Below are positions 1-9,090 of a DNA stretch of 32,000 nucleotides, piece after piece; the first letter of the stretch is position 1, and each line of letters opens with the position of its first letter. Source of the stretch: Geotalea uraniireducens Rf4 (GTDB lineage Bacteria > Desulfobacterota > Desulfuromonadia > Geobacterales > Geobacteraceae); contig NC_009483.1 in the NCBI RefSeq assembly GCF_000016745.1, positions 3,000,001 to 3,032,000 of the forward strand, in the 5' to 3' direction. The notes beneath the pieces are model-generated. The model was not told the DNA's origin, ran no database searches, and worked only from the letters and a program-made list of their open reading frames with translations. The translations under genes and the position numbers were made by a program.

Positions 1-627
1 AACCTTGCCCTTGACAAGAATTTCACTTTTATCGTTATACAGGAAACGGTTTTGCACAGGACGCGGCTCCAGAGGCAAAATCCCGGAGTTCCCGGATATA
101 CCGGGAACAGCCTGCACCTTAGCTCCCTTGAAAACATCACCTGATAGCTTGCATATCTCAAATTCAATTCCGGGTTTTTCAACTCCCACAGGCATCTGGA
201 GCTTAAACTCGACGAGCAACTCATCCTCAGCGGCCCGTTTATAGGTAATCCTGTAGGAAACGCCCGTTGCCGCGTCCCGGGAGGAAATTGTGTATTTTTT
301 GCCCGAATCCCTGGTCAGGTGGCCCGGCAGCGTGCCGGTCCGCCATGGGCCGTTCAACAGCCTTTTTCTGCTGCCATTTCCATACGTTTCATATATTTCA
401 AAAAAACCCAAAATACTGGGCATAACCGGCAGTGTAGCATAGGAAGCCCTGGCTCTTTTTATTTCGTCGACATGAAGCTTGAAAGGCTGAGTTATCGCAC
501 CAGGCAGGCGTTCCTGGGCATGACCGACTCTCGCATTCAACGTAAAAGCGAATAATGACAAAGCGCAGCAGAATGCCACGTACAATAAATTCTGCATACC
601 TGCTGAACGTGTCTTCCGGGTCTTCAT
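1..627 (-). CDS. Secreted hypothetical protein, N-terminal 209 codons. The 3' end runs off the window start. Absent from the supplied ORF track.
   Basis: Hand translation of the reverse strand from ATG 627-625 gives MKTRKTRSAGMQNLLYVAFCCALSLFAFTLNARVGHAQERLPGAITQPF...NDKSEILVKGKV. The frame stays open for exactly 209 codons to base 1. A basic N-terminus, hydrophobic core and small-residue site indicate a Sec signal peptide. The ATG lies 1 nt after the GT4 stop (629-631), so the two are translationally coupled. Confidence 0.6.
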   Translation of the reverse strand, partial: MKTRKTRSAGMQNLLYVAFCCALSLFAFTLNARVGHAQERLPGAITQPFKLHVDEIKRARASYATLPVMPSILGFFEIYETYGNGSRKRLLNGPWRTGTLPGHLTRDSGKKYTISSRDAATGVSYRITYKRAAEDELLVEFKLQMPVGVEKPGIEFEICKLSGDVFKGAKVQAVPGISGNSGILPLEPRPVQNRFLYNDKSEILVKGKV

Positions 628-628
628 A

Positions 629-1750
629 TCAGGCTGCCGTTTTTAGCCGTGCTGTTATCAAGTCTGTATAAAGCTGAGATACCTGTCGGAAGGCTGTCTG
701 AATACTGAACTCCTCTGCCCGCCTGCGGCAGGCAACAGCCATGGTAGACCGCTTGCCACTGTCACGGAGAAGAGCTAGAGCTGCCGCTGCCAGCCCTTCC
801 ACGTCTCCTGGTCCAAGCAAAACCCCGCATCGTTCATCGATGACCTCGGGAATGCCGTCAACGCCGAATGCAAGAACCGGCACTCCACTGGCCATGGCCT
901 CCACCAGGGCAATGCCGAAGGATTCCCGGTTGGATGTAAGGGCAAAAAGATCAAATGCAGTCAAAAGCTCCGGCACATCATTTCTCATCCCCAGCAACGA
1001 GACTGCCCCGCCCAGGCCCAAGTCGGCAATCAAGGCTGTAAGTTCAGCCCTGCAAGGACCATCGCCCGCTATTACGAAGTGCACATCCTGCAGTTGATTG
1101 CGAATAAGAGCCGCCGCCCGGACAAAACCATCCATCCCCTTTTCGTTAACGAGCCTGCCAACCGTACCAACGACAAGAGAATTCCCCGGTATCCCCAACT
1201 CCAGCTTTTTACGATGGGGATCTCTCTCCTGTTCAAAAAGAGACAAATCCACGCCGTTCGGAATGGTTCTGATCGCATCGTTATTAATGCACAAAGTATT
1301 GATGAGAGCTCGTCGGGTTGCTTCCGATACGGCGATATAGGCATCAGCCAGATGAACAAACCGGCGGATGATAATGTTATAAAGTCTCTTGACCAAGCCA
1401 TTGCTGGAAAAAATACATCCGTGCTCGTGCTCGAGGATTATGGATTGTTTCCGCTTCATCAACGCTACAAGAAAACCTATTGAAAATGCATGAACATGAA
1501 TTATGTCGGGATGATGGCAGGAAAGTTGCCGAGATAAATTGATGGCGCCTGATATGTCCCACCCGTTCCGCACGCCGCAGAGCTGTGTTTTAATACCGAG
1601 CTTTTCGGCCTCAGCCTTGATTGGGCCTCCTTTGAATAGAAACCATATCTCAACATCATTGCCTGCATTTTTCTGATAGGTTGCCAACTGCAAGGCGATT
1701 TTTTCTGCTCCGCCGATCACCCCGGCAGAGACCAGATGAACTATTTTCAT
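629..1750 (-). CDS. Glycosyltransferase, GT-B fold, family GT4 (group 1)
   Basis: 373-aa ORF. It has the N-terminal KIVHLVSAGVIGGAEK start typical of GT4. The C-terminal half has VGRLVNEKG and the E-x7-E signature ESFGIALVEAMASGVPVLAF. Its start overlaps the stop of the upstream methyltransferase by 4 nt. Confidence 0.9.
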   Translation of the reverse strand: MKIVHLVSAGVIGGAEKIALQLATYQKNAGNDVEIWFLFKGGPIKAEAEKLGIKTQLCGVRNGWDISGAINLSRQLSCHHPDIIHVHAFSIGFLVALMKRKQSIILEHEHGCIFSSNGLVKRLYNIIIRRFVHLADAYIAVSEATRRALINTLCINNDAIRTIPNGVDLSLFEQERDPHRKKLELGIPGNSLVVGTVGRLVNEKGMDGFVRAAALIRNQLQDVHFVIAGDGPCRAELTALIADLGLGGAVSLLGMRNDVPELLTAFDLFALTSNRESFGIALVEAMASGVPVLAFGVDGIPEVIDERCGVLLGPGDVEGLAAAALALLRDSGKRSTMAVACRRRAEEFSIQTAFRQVSQLYTDLITARLKTAA

Positions 1751-2406
1751 GGCCTGCCCTTTGTGCGTGGCATCGCAACGCAGGCAAATTGGTAGTATTG
1801 TGTATCGGACAAAAAACCAAAAGTTGCCGCGTTAAGCAGCTTGAATTTCCAGGACAGGGCCGGATTGATCCCCTTAATGCAGATCAAGTCGTACTCCAGC
1901 GATTCGAACATATCAATCAAGCTATTTTGCGTGAAGAACCGCAGGTGCGTTCTGTCCAGAATCCCCGCATCCTCATACTTCCACTCCCCCTGGAAAAGGA
2001 ACCGTTTCAGTGTGTAAAAATAGCGAATGTTCGGTATGGAACAGACAACTACACCATGCTCGGAAAGTTTGGTTTTTACATCAAAAAGAATAGTGAACGG
2101 GTCGACAAAATGTTCCAGCACGTCATTGAATATCATGCAATCAAAATAGCCGTCAGGGAGCTCACTGATCAGTTGCCCAAAATCGCCCGACAGTACCTTG
2201 TCTAAGCGTTGCCCTGCAATATGAGCAGCCGCATTGTCAAGTTCCGCCCCCCAAACTTCGGCATTCCTGCTCTGCTTCACCTGACAACCGAACGTGCCCT
2301 CGCCGCACCCCACGTCAAGGACTCGTTGAGCGTCAGCCGGAATAAAATCCAACATTTCCTGCCGGTCATGCGTAAAATACGTCTCCGGCTTTCTTGAACG
2401 GTTCAT
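1747..2406 (-). CDS. Class I SAM-dependent methyltransferase
   Basis: Motif I is VLDVGCGEGTFG and the post-motif is DCMIFNDVLEHF. I prefer ATG 2406-2404, which forms an ATGA overlap with the GT2 stop at 2403-2405, over the track's GTG at 2418. Confidence 0.85.
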   Translation of the reverse strand: MNRSRKPETYFTHDRQEMLDFIPADAQRVLDVGCGEGTFGCQVKQSRNAEVWGAELDNAAAHIAGQRLDKVLSGDFGQLISELPDGYFDCMIFNDVLEHFVDPFTILFDVKTKLSEHGVVVCSIPNIRYFYTLKRFLFQGEWKYEDAGILDRTHLRFFTQNSLIDMFESLEYDLICIKGINPALSWKFKLLNAATFGFLSDTQYYQFACVAMPRTKGRP

Positions 2407-3404
2407 GGATATTTGCACCCCGACGCCGGAAACTTATCTGCTCTGGTCTCATGATTCTCGGTCTCCTCCTTGCTGGAGAGGCTGACTGACGACAAAAGTT
2501 GTCGGAACATGTCGATTTTCCCGGCGACCTTGATATTTCGAAAAAACAGCTGGATTATTGATAGTATCGTCAGATTGAAACGCCAGATCATTCTGCAGGC
2601 TGTGACAAAAACAGCTGAAAATCTCTCACCTTTTGTCTTCGCAAAATAGTATCTGGCAGCCATGAAGCTGCGCAATGTCGCCTTTTGCGGATTACTGCTC
2701 TTGCCGTGATAATGAATGACTTGAAAATACGGGAAGTAGACCACTCTGTAATTAGTGTTATTCATAGTCCTGTAACAATACTCACTATCTTCGTAATACA
2801 TAAAAAACTGTTCATCAAATCCACCAATGAGATTTATCAGTTTGCCGTTGATAAAAAGACAGCAACCGGAAACACAATCGGTGTCGGCAATATGCCCGTA
2901 GTCGATACCCCGGTACTTCAATCGGGATATAGCGGGGATGAATATCCGGATAATGTCGAAGCTGAAGTAATACCATTCCTGAAACAACGTTGGGAAACGC
3001 CATGCCGAATACTGAAGCGAACCGTCTCCGAATACTATTCTGCATCCCAGGAGCCCGATATCCGCTTTGGCATCCATATATTCAATCACCTGCCGCGGGC
3101 ATTCCGGCATTACTGTGTCACTGTTCAGGAGAAGGATATACCGCCCCGTTGCTTCCAACAGGGCCAGGTTATTAGCCTTTGCAAAACCCGTATTAGTCAC
3201 ATTCTCAATCAACTTCACCTCCGGGAAATCCCTCTTCACCATTTCCGGGCTCCCGTCATGAGAGGCATTATCGACCACGAACACTTCGGAGGATATGCCT
3301 TTAACGCTGTCCAACACTGAACGCAGGCAATTCCTCAGCAGCCCCATGGTATTGAAACTGACTATTATGACCGACAGATCCAAAACCGCTTCAGTATGAG
3401 GCAT
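2403..3404 (-). CDS. Glycosyltransferase family 2 (GT-A fold)
   Basis: LSVIIVSFNT...VVDNASHDGS...LLLNSDT is the classic GT2 N-terminal pattern. ATG 3404-3402 is preceded by AGGAGG with a 9-nt spacer (reverse-strand reading cAGGAGGaacagttacATG). The track's start at 3434 lacks this SD. The gene overlaps the Wzy-like gene's end by 14 nt. Confidence 0.9.
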   Translation of the reverse strand: MPHTEAVLDLSVIIVSFNTMGLLRNCLRSVLDSVKGISSEVFVVDNASHDGSPEMVKRDFPEVKLIENVTNTGFAKANNLALLEATGRYILLLNSDTVMPECPRQVIEYMDAKADIGLLGCRIVFGDGSLQYSAWRFPTLFQEWYYFSFDIIRIFIPAISRLKYRGIDYGHIADTDCVSGCCLFINGKLINLIGGFDEQFFMYYEDSEYCYRTMNNTNYRVVYFPYFQVIHYHGKSSNPQKATLRSFMAARYYFAKTKGERFSAVFVTACRMIWRFNLTILSIIQLFFRNIKVAGKIDMFRQLLSSVSLSSKEETENHETRADKFPASGCKYP

Positions 3405-4677
3405 GTAACTGTTCCTCCTGCAACGCGGCATCAACGGTCAACCTGTGAATGATTTCCAGTATGGCGATATTGATCGCAACAGTAACGATCATTGTTGCCA
3501 GGATAAAATGAGGCAAAGTAATGAATGAGATCAGCATGAAAATGAAATGGGACATCAAGCCTAAGACAATGGCCTTTAATTCATCATCATGAATCCGCCG
3601 GTAAACGAAAGCAACTTTCTTGAAATAAGTCAGACTTAACCAGATCAGCCAAGCAATGCCTAGCAGACCGTACTGGGAAAACATTATGACATAGCCCAAA
3701 TCTGTTCTTAGAATCGGATATTTGAGCTTCCTGGCTATCTCACTTAAGGGGCTGATTATTCCAGTGCCGGTAATAGGATGCTGCATGGCATAATTCCAAT
3801 AAGCCTTTGCTGTTTCGTACCTTATGCCTACATTTCCTTTTCTGCTTAAGGTTTCCGTTATGCTTGATTCGATCAGTCTGGTAACAAAATTTTCGTGTTT
3901 TTGCTGGGTAACCAGACCTGTCATCTGCAAGGCGCCAACTCCCATCGCGAAGCACCACACGGTGATTACAAGCCAGCGAAATTTGCCGGTCACGGTCATT
4001 GAAATCATCATCGCAAGCGGAAAACTCAACAAATATCCGCGGGTCTGACTGAGGAAGAATTGAGTAGTGAAAATGATTCCTGACATCAGGCAGAGCAACC
4101 TGCAAGGAACCCCGGATTGTATGAATCTGGCAATGGTAATAAAATATGCAAGCATTACCAGATCAAGGCCGGGATTAATCAGACGATAAAAACCAAATCT
4201 CTGTTTGAACATAGCTGAATTATCAACGTGAAATATGGACGCGCTTGGCATTGCATACTGCAAAAAAGTAACTGCTACTAGCAACAAACATAAAACGGTA
4301 AGCCATCTCAAAAACTTCATAAGTTTTTCTTTGTTATCCAAAGTAAATATGACAACAAAGAAAATTAAATAGTATAAATTGCTGCGAATTGCCCGCAATC
4401 CTTCTGTAATCGGCTGCTGGTAATAGCTGTTACTGAAATAAACATTCAGAAAACTCAGCAGTATAAAGCTGAGAATAATCAAGGTAAACGAGGATTTTAT
4501 AAACTTGATCTTTGCGGAATTTGCCACAACGACAAAAAGTGTGGTACCTGCCATCAGCAATATCCCAATATCACTGATGCGGATTACATTTGGCAATACT
4601 ATAAGCTGCTGAGGTAATAGCCAGAAGAACTCTCTAAGTAAGAATATTATTAAAAATGTGATTAACATGGGTATCAT
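3391..4677 (-). CDS. wzy: O-antigen polymerase/ligase-family (Wzy_C-type) integral membrane protein
   Basis: 428 aa with about 10-12 hydrophobic helices. A large loop carries RYETAKAYWNYAMQHPITGTGI, which is Wzy_C-like. It sits next to a Wzx flippase in a Wzx/Wzy-type cluster. The coding sequence is very AT-rich. Polymerase versus ligase cannot be decided by eye. Confidence 0.75.
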   Translation of the reverse strand: MIPMLITFLIIFLLREFFWLLPQQLIVLPNVIRISDIGILLMAGTTLFVVVANSAKIKFIKSSFTLIILSFILLSFLNVYFSNSYYQQPITEGLRAIRSNLYYLIFFVVIFTLDNKEKLMKFLRWLTVLCLLLVAVTFLQYAMPSASIFHVDNSAMFKQRFGFYRLINPGLDLVMLAYFITIARFIQSGVPCRLLCLMSGIIFTTQFFLSQTRGYLLSFPLAMMISMTVTGKFRWLVITVWCFAMGVGALQMTGLVTQQKHENFVTRLIESSITETLSRKGNVGIRYETAKAYWNYAMQHPITGTGIISPLSEIARKLKYPILRTDLGYVIMFSQYGLLGIAWLIWLSLTYFKKVAFVYRRIHDDELKAIVLGLMSHFIFMLISFITLPHFILATMIVTVAINIAILEIIHRLTVDAALQEEQLHASY

Positions 4678-4695
4678 CTCGTCAGATATAGATTA

Positions 4696-6087
4696 TCATT
4701 CTATTATTGGAGTTTGATTGATCTGTTTATTTATTTTGTGATTTGATTTGACTGTAGCCCATATTAAAAATATCGTACCGGCGGTTAATCCTAATGTATT
4801 AGATAAAGCAATTCCGTTTAATGTTATTTCAGTTGTTTTTGTAAGGGTGATTATCATTGAGATGCTGATAATGGGTGATATGCAGTGGTATATTACAACA
4901 GGGTTAATACTTCCTCTTCCAATTAAATTATAGTATGGCACAAGAGTAACTATACACGCTAGAGTTCCACCTAACATGATTCTGAAACATGTCACAATTT
5001 CGGCATTAAAGCTTTTTGATAGCCATAATCTAAATATCAACTCAGCAAATACATATACTAGTGCACATGTTATAGTTCCACCCAATATAGTTAGTTTATA
5101 AGCCTTAGCATTTATACTATTGATCTTATTATCATTAGATTTATCTGAAATACCGCTGAGCCTGCTTATTTCAGGTGTCAATGCGCGTAATCCCATCGAA
5201 TATACTGTCATTAGCTGTGAGCTGGCCCTGTATGCAACTTCATATAGCGGGACTATTGATACTCCTAATTGTCTTGATACTATTATTTTTGATAATGGGA
5301 AAAATAACAGTGACGCTACTGAACTCACAAATATTGAGCCACTATATTTCAATAACTTTCTAAAGTGAAAGTATGATATGTTGCTCATTGATAATATCTT
5401 CAACGTTACCAATGTTTTAATTTTATATATGTTAGTTATTGATATTATAATATATGCAGCTGTATGAGCTATTAGCATGCTCATTATCTCAGAAACATTA
5501 AGCATTAATAGTGGTATTGCAATCACTAATGGAATTGCTTGTATCAGAGTCTGTGAATAGTTTGCAATATCTATTCGTCCTAAACCGGAAAGTGTTGCAT
5601 TAATTACCTCATATGCAAAAATATACATACTCAATATTGCGATATATGGCAGGTATCTCATACCAAGTATTGCATTGGAGCCAGACAGACCTATCAATCT
5701 AACAATTTCAGTATCGAAACATAAGGAAATGCCAAGAAATAACGAACCTAGAACAAATAGTGCCGATAACGATGTTGCGACATATTTTTCAATATCAGCA
5801 ATATTATTTTTCCCATATTCTTCAGCAACCAGCTTAACTACTCCAACTGTAACTCCGGTCAGACCTAATTGTGCAAATGACAACACCGTAGTCAAAATCA
5901 ACCATACACCATACATTTCATAACTCATGAAACAAAGAAATATCGGGTATTTGATGATACTCAACACAAAGCTTATTGATGCAGATATCATCCCAGAAAA
6001 CAAGTTGAGTCTTAATTGAGACCCTAATATTTTGGACAATATATTCTTTAGCATATTATCAATCTTATTTTTTTCTAATTGCCGCAA
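4696..6087 (-). CDS. wzx: Polysaccharide/O-unit flippase, MOP superfamily (Wzx-like)
   Basis: 463 aa, about 12-14 TM helices, Ile/Leu/Ser-rich. The N-terminus (LKNILSKILGSQLRLNLFSGMI) is typical of polysaccharide biosynthesis proteins. The track start at 6087 is TTG. ATG at 6054 (MLKNIL...) is an alternative, and neither has a clear SD. Confidence 0.8.
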   Translation of the reverse strand: MRQLEKNKIDNMLKNILSKILGSQLRLNLFSGMISASISFVLSIIKYPIFLCFMSYEMYGVWLILTTVLSFAQLGLTGVTVGVVKLVAEEYGKNNIADIEKYVATSLSALFVLGSLFLGISLCFDTEIVRLIGLSGSNAILGMRYLPYIAILSMYIFAYEVINATLSGLGRIDIANYSQTLIQAIPLVIAIPLLMLNVSEIMSMLIAHTAAYIIISITNIYKIKTLVTLKILSMSNISYFHFRKLLKYSGSIFVSSVASLLFFPLSKIIVSRQLGVSIVPLYEVAYRASSQLMTVYSMGLRALTPEISRLSGISDKSNDNKINSINAKAYKLTILGGTITCALVYVFAELIFRLWLSKSFNAEIVTCFRIMLGGTLACIVTLVPYYNLIGRGSINPVVIYHCISPIISISMIITLTKTTEITLNGIALSNTLGLTAGTIFLIWATVKSNHKINKQINQTPIIE

Positions 6088-6103
6088 AGATGGTTATTTG
6101 AGA

Positions 6104-6775
6104 TTATCTCTTCCAAATGACATTATTTTTTATTGGTAGAAGCGGTATTTTCTCTCCAATAATTGAATTGTGGTCATCTATAGTACCGAAAACCTTGGTT
6201 CCTGCTGCTATTATCACACCATGTGCTATATTTGACCCTTTGAGGACTAAAGATCGACAACCTATCCAAACGTTGTCTCCGACAGTAATTTCACGAGGGG
6301 CATTAATAAGTTTATTATCCATATCGTATATTTCGTGTAAATCGGTATCCATAACAAGAACTTCCCAAGACAGCATAACATTATCCCCAAAGGTTATACG
6401 TTTATGAACAACAATTGAACTCTCAGCAGATATCGTAAACATATCACCGAGAATCAATTCTCCATGGACTGAAATTTTACTGCCATGACCGATAATTGCC
6501 CGTCCTTTAAAACTAACTTTTCCTGATACATGCCATATCGAGCGTGAGGAATTAGAATCAAATATTGCAACCTCGCCAAATCCTATTTTTACTATACCAG
6601 TTTTTTCTTCTGCTAATTCAATCGTTCCTTTCAATGTCTTCAGCCACACACGATGAGATATAAATACTGGCAGCTTGATTGCGGTCATAAATGGAAAGTA
6701 TCTGACATTGAATAGTATGGTTTTAGGTAATCCTAATAGGTATAACCAATAAGTTTTTATGTTTTCAATACTCAC
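6104..6775 (-). CDS. Left-handed beta-helix (hexapeptide-repeat) O-acetyltransferase, WcaF/LacA-like
   Basis: Hexapeptide rungs are readable: IGHGSKISVHGELILGDMFTISAESSIV...ITVGDNVWIGCRSLVLKGSNIAHGVIIAAGTKV. Confidence 0.8.
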   Translation of the reverse strand: MSIENIKTYWLYLLGLPKTILFNVRYFPFMTAIKLPVFISHRVWLKTLKGTIELAEEKTGIVKIGFGEVAIFDSNSSRSIWHVSGKVSFKGRAIIGHGSKISVHGELILGDMFTISAESSIVVHKRITFGDNVMLSWEVLVMDTDLHEIYDMDNKLINAPREITVGDNVWIGCRSLVLKGSNIAHGVIIAAGTKVFGTIDDHNSIIGEKIPLLPIKNNVIWKR

Positions 6776-6791
6776 TTGCTACCCTTATCAG

Positions 6792-7394
6792 TTAATGTTT
6801 GTATGTTACAAACCACATTATTTTAATAATTTCGCCAAATATCCACTCCATATTCCAACTTATCGCCCCTATAATATTGCAATGATGTTTTTCAAAACTT
6901 GTGGGAATATATGCTATTGTTTTCGGTACATCCTTAAAAACTGTTTCAGCAATTATTTTTATTCTTCTCATATGATATGGCGAACTGACAATGAGTGCTG
7001 ACTTGAAGCCTAATTTCTCCATGATTCTGCGAGCTTCAAGCAGTTCAAAGTGAGTGTTTTCATAGTATGTTGGATAATTATGGTTCTTCCTTAGCAGATA
7101 GACGCTATTCCCGGGCAGGTAGTTATACTCAATGGGGAACATGATACCGTTACTGTCTAAATATGTTAGCCTATTATATGCAGGAATAATAAGGCATCGG
7201 GCATAGCCGTCAGTGAGTAGCTTGGCGGCTTCTTTTTGTCGCGCCATCCATTCATCCCCGACAAAAAGTACAATGACGTCCGATCTGACCGGCTCATCGG
7301 CATATCTCAGGTAGTATGACAGCAAAGCCATTCCTGACAGCATCAACCAAAATGTTACGATTACGTTGAGAGTCCATCTTTTCCTGATTTCCAT
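6792..7394 (-). CDS. DUF218 (YdcF/SanA/ElyC-like) protein with an N-terminal membrane anchor
   Basis: VIVLFVGDEW...AAKLLTDGYARCLIIPAYN...ALIVSSPYHMRRI matches the DUF218 pattern. One N-terminal TM segment is present (LNVIVTFWLMLSGMALLSYYL). I prefer ATG 7394 over the track's TTG at 7415. Confidence 0.7.
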   Translation of the reverse strand: MEIRKRWTLNVIVTFWLMLSGMALLSYYLRYADEPVRSDVIVLFVGDEWMARQKEAAKLLTDGYARCLIIPAYNRLTYLDSNGIMFPIEYNYLPGNSVYLLRKNHNYPTYYENTHFELLEARRIMEKLGFKSALIVSSPYHMRRIKIIAETVFKDVPKTIAYIPTSFEKHHCNIIGAISWNMEWIFGEIIKIMWFVTYKH

Positions 7395-7713
7395 GACCGC
7401 ATCTAACCGTTGCAATTACGAGGCTCCCGACATTTGCTGCGCATCCGCACAGGGTCCACGCCTCCAGCCTCCCTTTCAGTTGATACGACTGTATATAAAC
7501 TTGAGGTTTGTATCAGGAAAATAGCATAGAATTGTTACGGGCTGGAGGCGGAGCGATTACATTTAGGAAAAGAATTGTTGCAGGTGTGATTCGAGACAAT
7601 ACTGCCACCGCAGTATTGACCGGGTAGCTGCTCGCACTCTGCGGCATAGCACCTGTTATCGACGAAATTATCATAGTGCTCGCCGATTTCAGCGTTGTCC
7701 GGTACAGCCCATC

Positions 7714-8721
7714 TCAAAGCAAGTGGTATCCCTTGTACCAATCCACGAACTTACCGATTCCTTCCTTTATCGCAGTAACAGGCGCGAATCCTACGTCCGT
7801 AATAAGATCATCCACATCAGCATAGGTCGCCGGCACATCACCCGGTTGCATGGGGAGATAATTTTTGACCGCTTTTTGCCCCAGACATTCCTCAAGTACC
7901 TCGATGAACACGCCTAGCTCAACCGGACTATTGTTCCCTATGTTATAAATCAGGTATGGCGCCTGACTTGACGCCGGATCGGGAGAATCACCGCTCCAGG
8001 AGGGGTTGGGTGAAGGAAACCGGTCCAGCACCCGCACAACCCCTTCGACGATATCGTCGATATAGGTGAAATCTCTCAGCATATTGCCGTTGTTGAAAAC
8101 ATTGATCGCCTTACCGGCAATGATCTTCTGCGTAAAGCTGAAATAGGCCATGTCAGGTCGCCCCCAAGGACCATAGACCGTAAAAAACCTCAAACCCGTC
8201 GTGGGTATTCCATACAGATGACTATAGGTGTGTGCCATCAGTTCGTTGGCTTTTTTGGTGGCGGCATACAGCGAGACGGGATGATCCACATTATGATGCA
8301 CCGAAAACGGCATGCGGGTATTGGCGCCATAAACGCTGGAGCTGCTCGCATAGACCAGATGCTCCACGGGATGATGCCGGCACCCTTCCAGCACGTTAAG
8401 AAACCCGACGATATTGCTGTCGATGTAGGCACGGGGATTCTGTAACGAATATCTGACGCCCGCCTGGGCAGCCAGATGAACGACGCGTCGAAACTTTTCT
8501 GCAGCAAACAGTTCCGCCAGTCGCGGAGCATCAGCGAGATCCATTTCAACAAAGCGCACGGAGCCGTACTGCTTCAGGTGTTCAAGTCGGGCTCGCTTCA
8601 GCCCGACATCGTAGTAGTCGTTAAGATTATCAATGCCGACAATCTCATCGCCACGCTCCAACAGGCGTAAGGCCACATGCATGCCGATGAAACCAGCAAT
8701 TCCGGTAATAAGAATTTTCAT
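7714..8721 (-). CDS. NAD-dependent sugar-nucleotide epimerase, extended SDR, UDP-glucuronate 4-epimerase-like
   Basis: [17 protein letters not shown] is a Rossmann GxxGxxG motif. YASSSSVYG and YAATKKANE supply the catalytic S...YxxxK. The 335-aa length and overall sequence resemble Cap1J/LpsL/WbnF-type epimerases. The true start is ATG 8721, and the 25-codon extension in the track (8796) is rejected. Confidence 0.88.
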   Translation of the reverse strand: MKILITGIAGFIGMHVALRLLERGDEIVGIDNLNDYYDVGLKRARLEHLKQYGSVRFVEMDLADAPRLAELFAAEKFRRVVHLAAQAGVRYSLQNPRAYIDSNIVGFLNVLEGCRHHPVEHLVYASSSSVYGANTRMPFSVHHNVDHPVSLYAATKKANELMAHTYSHLYGIPTTGLRFFTVYGPWGRPDMAYFSFTQKIIAGKAINVFNNGNMLRDFTYIDDIVEGVVRVLDRFPSPNPSWSGDSPDPASSQAPYLIYNIGNNSPVELGVFIEVLEECLGQKAVKNYLPMQPGDVPATYADVDDLITDVGFAPVTAIKEGIGKFVDWYKGYHLL

Positions 8722-9090
8722 ACGCTTAATTCTCCACCATTCTTTATCGAGCTGCCCTCGTGCTTCCGCAGTTATGCGTGTTCCGTTCATAAGCACTTTA
8801 TCCCGGCACGGTTACATTCCCGCGACGGTCCCGTAAATCTTCCATGACAAGCAACCTAAATTTAACAACCATTTAATATACAAAAAACCCTGCTGTAACA
8901 TACCTATGGCAAAGTCTCCCCGACATGATAGACAGAACCGTCCTGCATAGGGTGCAGGATAGAGCCTTAAAATCAAGCAAGGAGATCTTCCCATGGACTC
9001 AAACAGCGAAAGCAACAAGCTTCACGAGCCACTATCGACATTCAATAGCGACGGTCAGTTTTTCAAGACCCTTGCGCACTGTTCCGTGCA

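Noticed and set aside
5-555. Plus-strand ORFs 5-244 and 319-555 from the track
   Set aside because: The opposite strand holds a 209-codon open frame with a signal peptide, coupled to the GT4 gene. The plus-strand translations are not protein-like.
7535-7741. 68-aa Cys-rich minus-strand ORF in the epimerase-DUF218 spacer
   Set aside because: It has only a TTG start, and that start lies inside the 3' end of the epimerase gene. There is no SD and no internal Met. The region is better explained by inverted repeats and a hairpin. It cannot be excluded without conservation data.
8722-8796. N-terminal extensions offered by the track: epimerase 8796, GT2 3434, DUF218 7415, methyltransferase 2418, porin 20876, PPIase 18938, exosortase 17939
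   Set aside because: In each case a downstream ATG has a better SD, an ATGA-type coupling, or coincides with the conserved N-terminus or signal peptide. The extensions use TTG/GTG or add non-conserved residues.
8797-9090. Possible cyclic-di-GMP (GEMM) riboswitch or other leader RNA in the divergent spacer, and upstream of 11393 and 14251
   Set aside because: I looked for the conserved GEMM pieces (GCAAA...GAAAG...ACGCAAAGC) on both strands and did not find them. Only a short hairpin (CCTGCAtagggTGCAGG, about 8942-8960) is present. There is no support for a riboswitch call.
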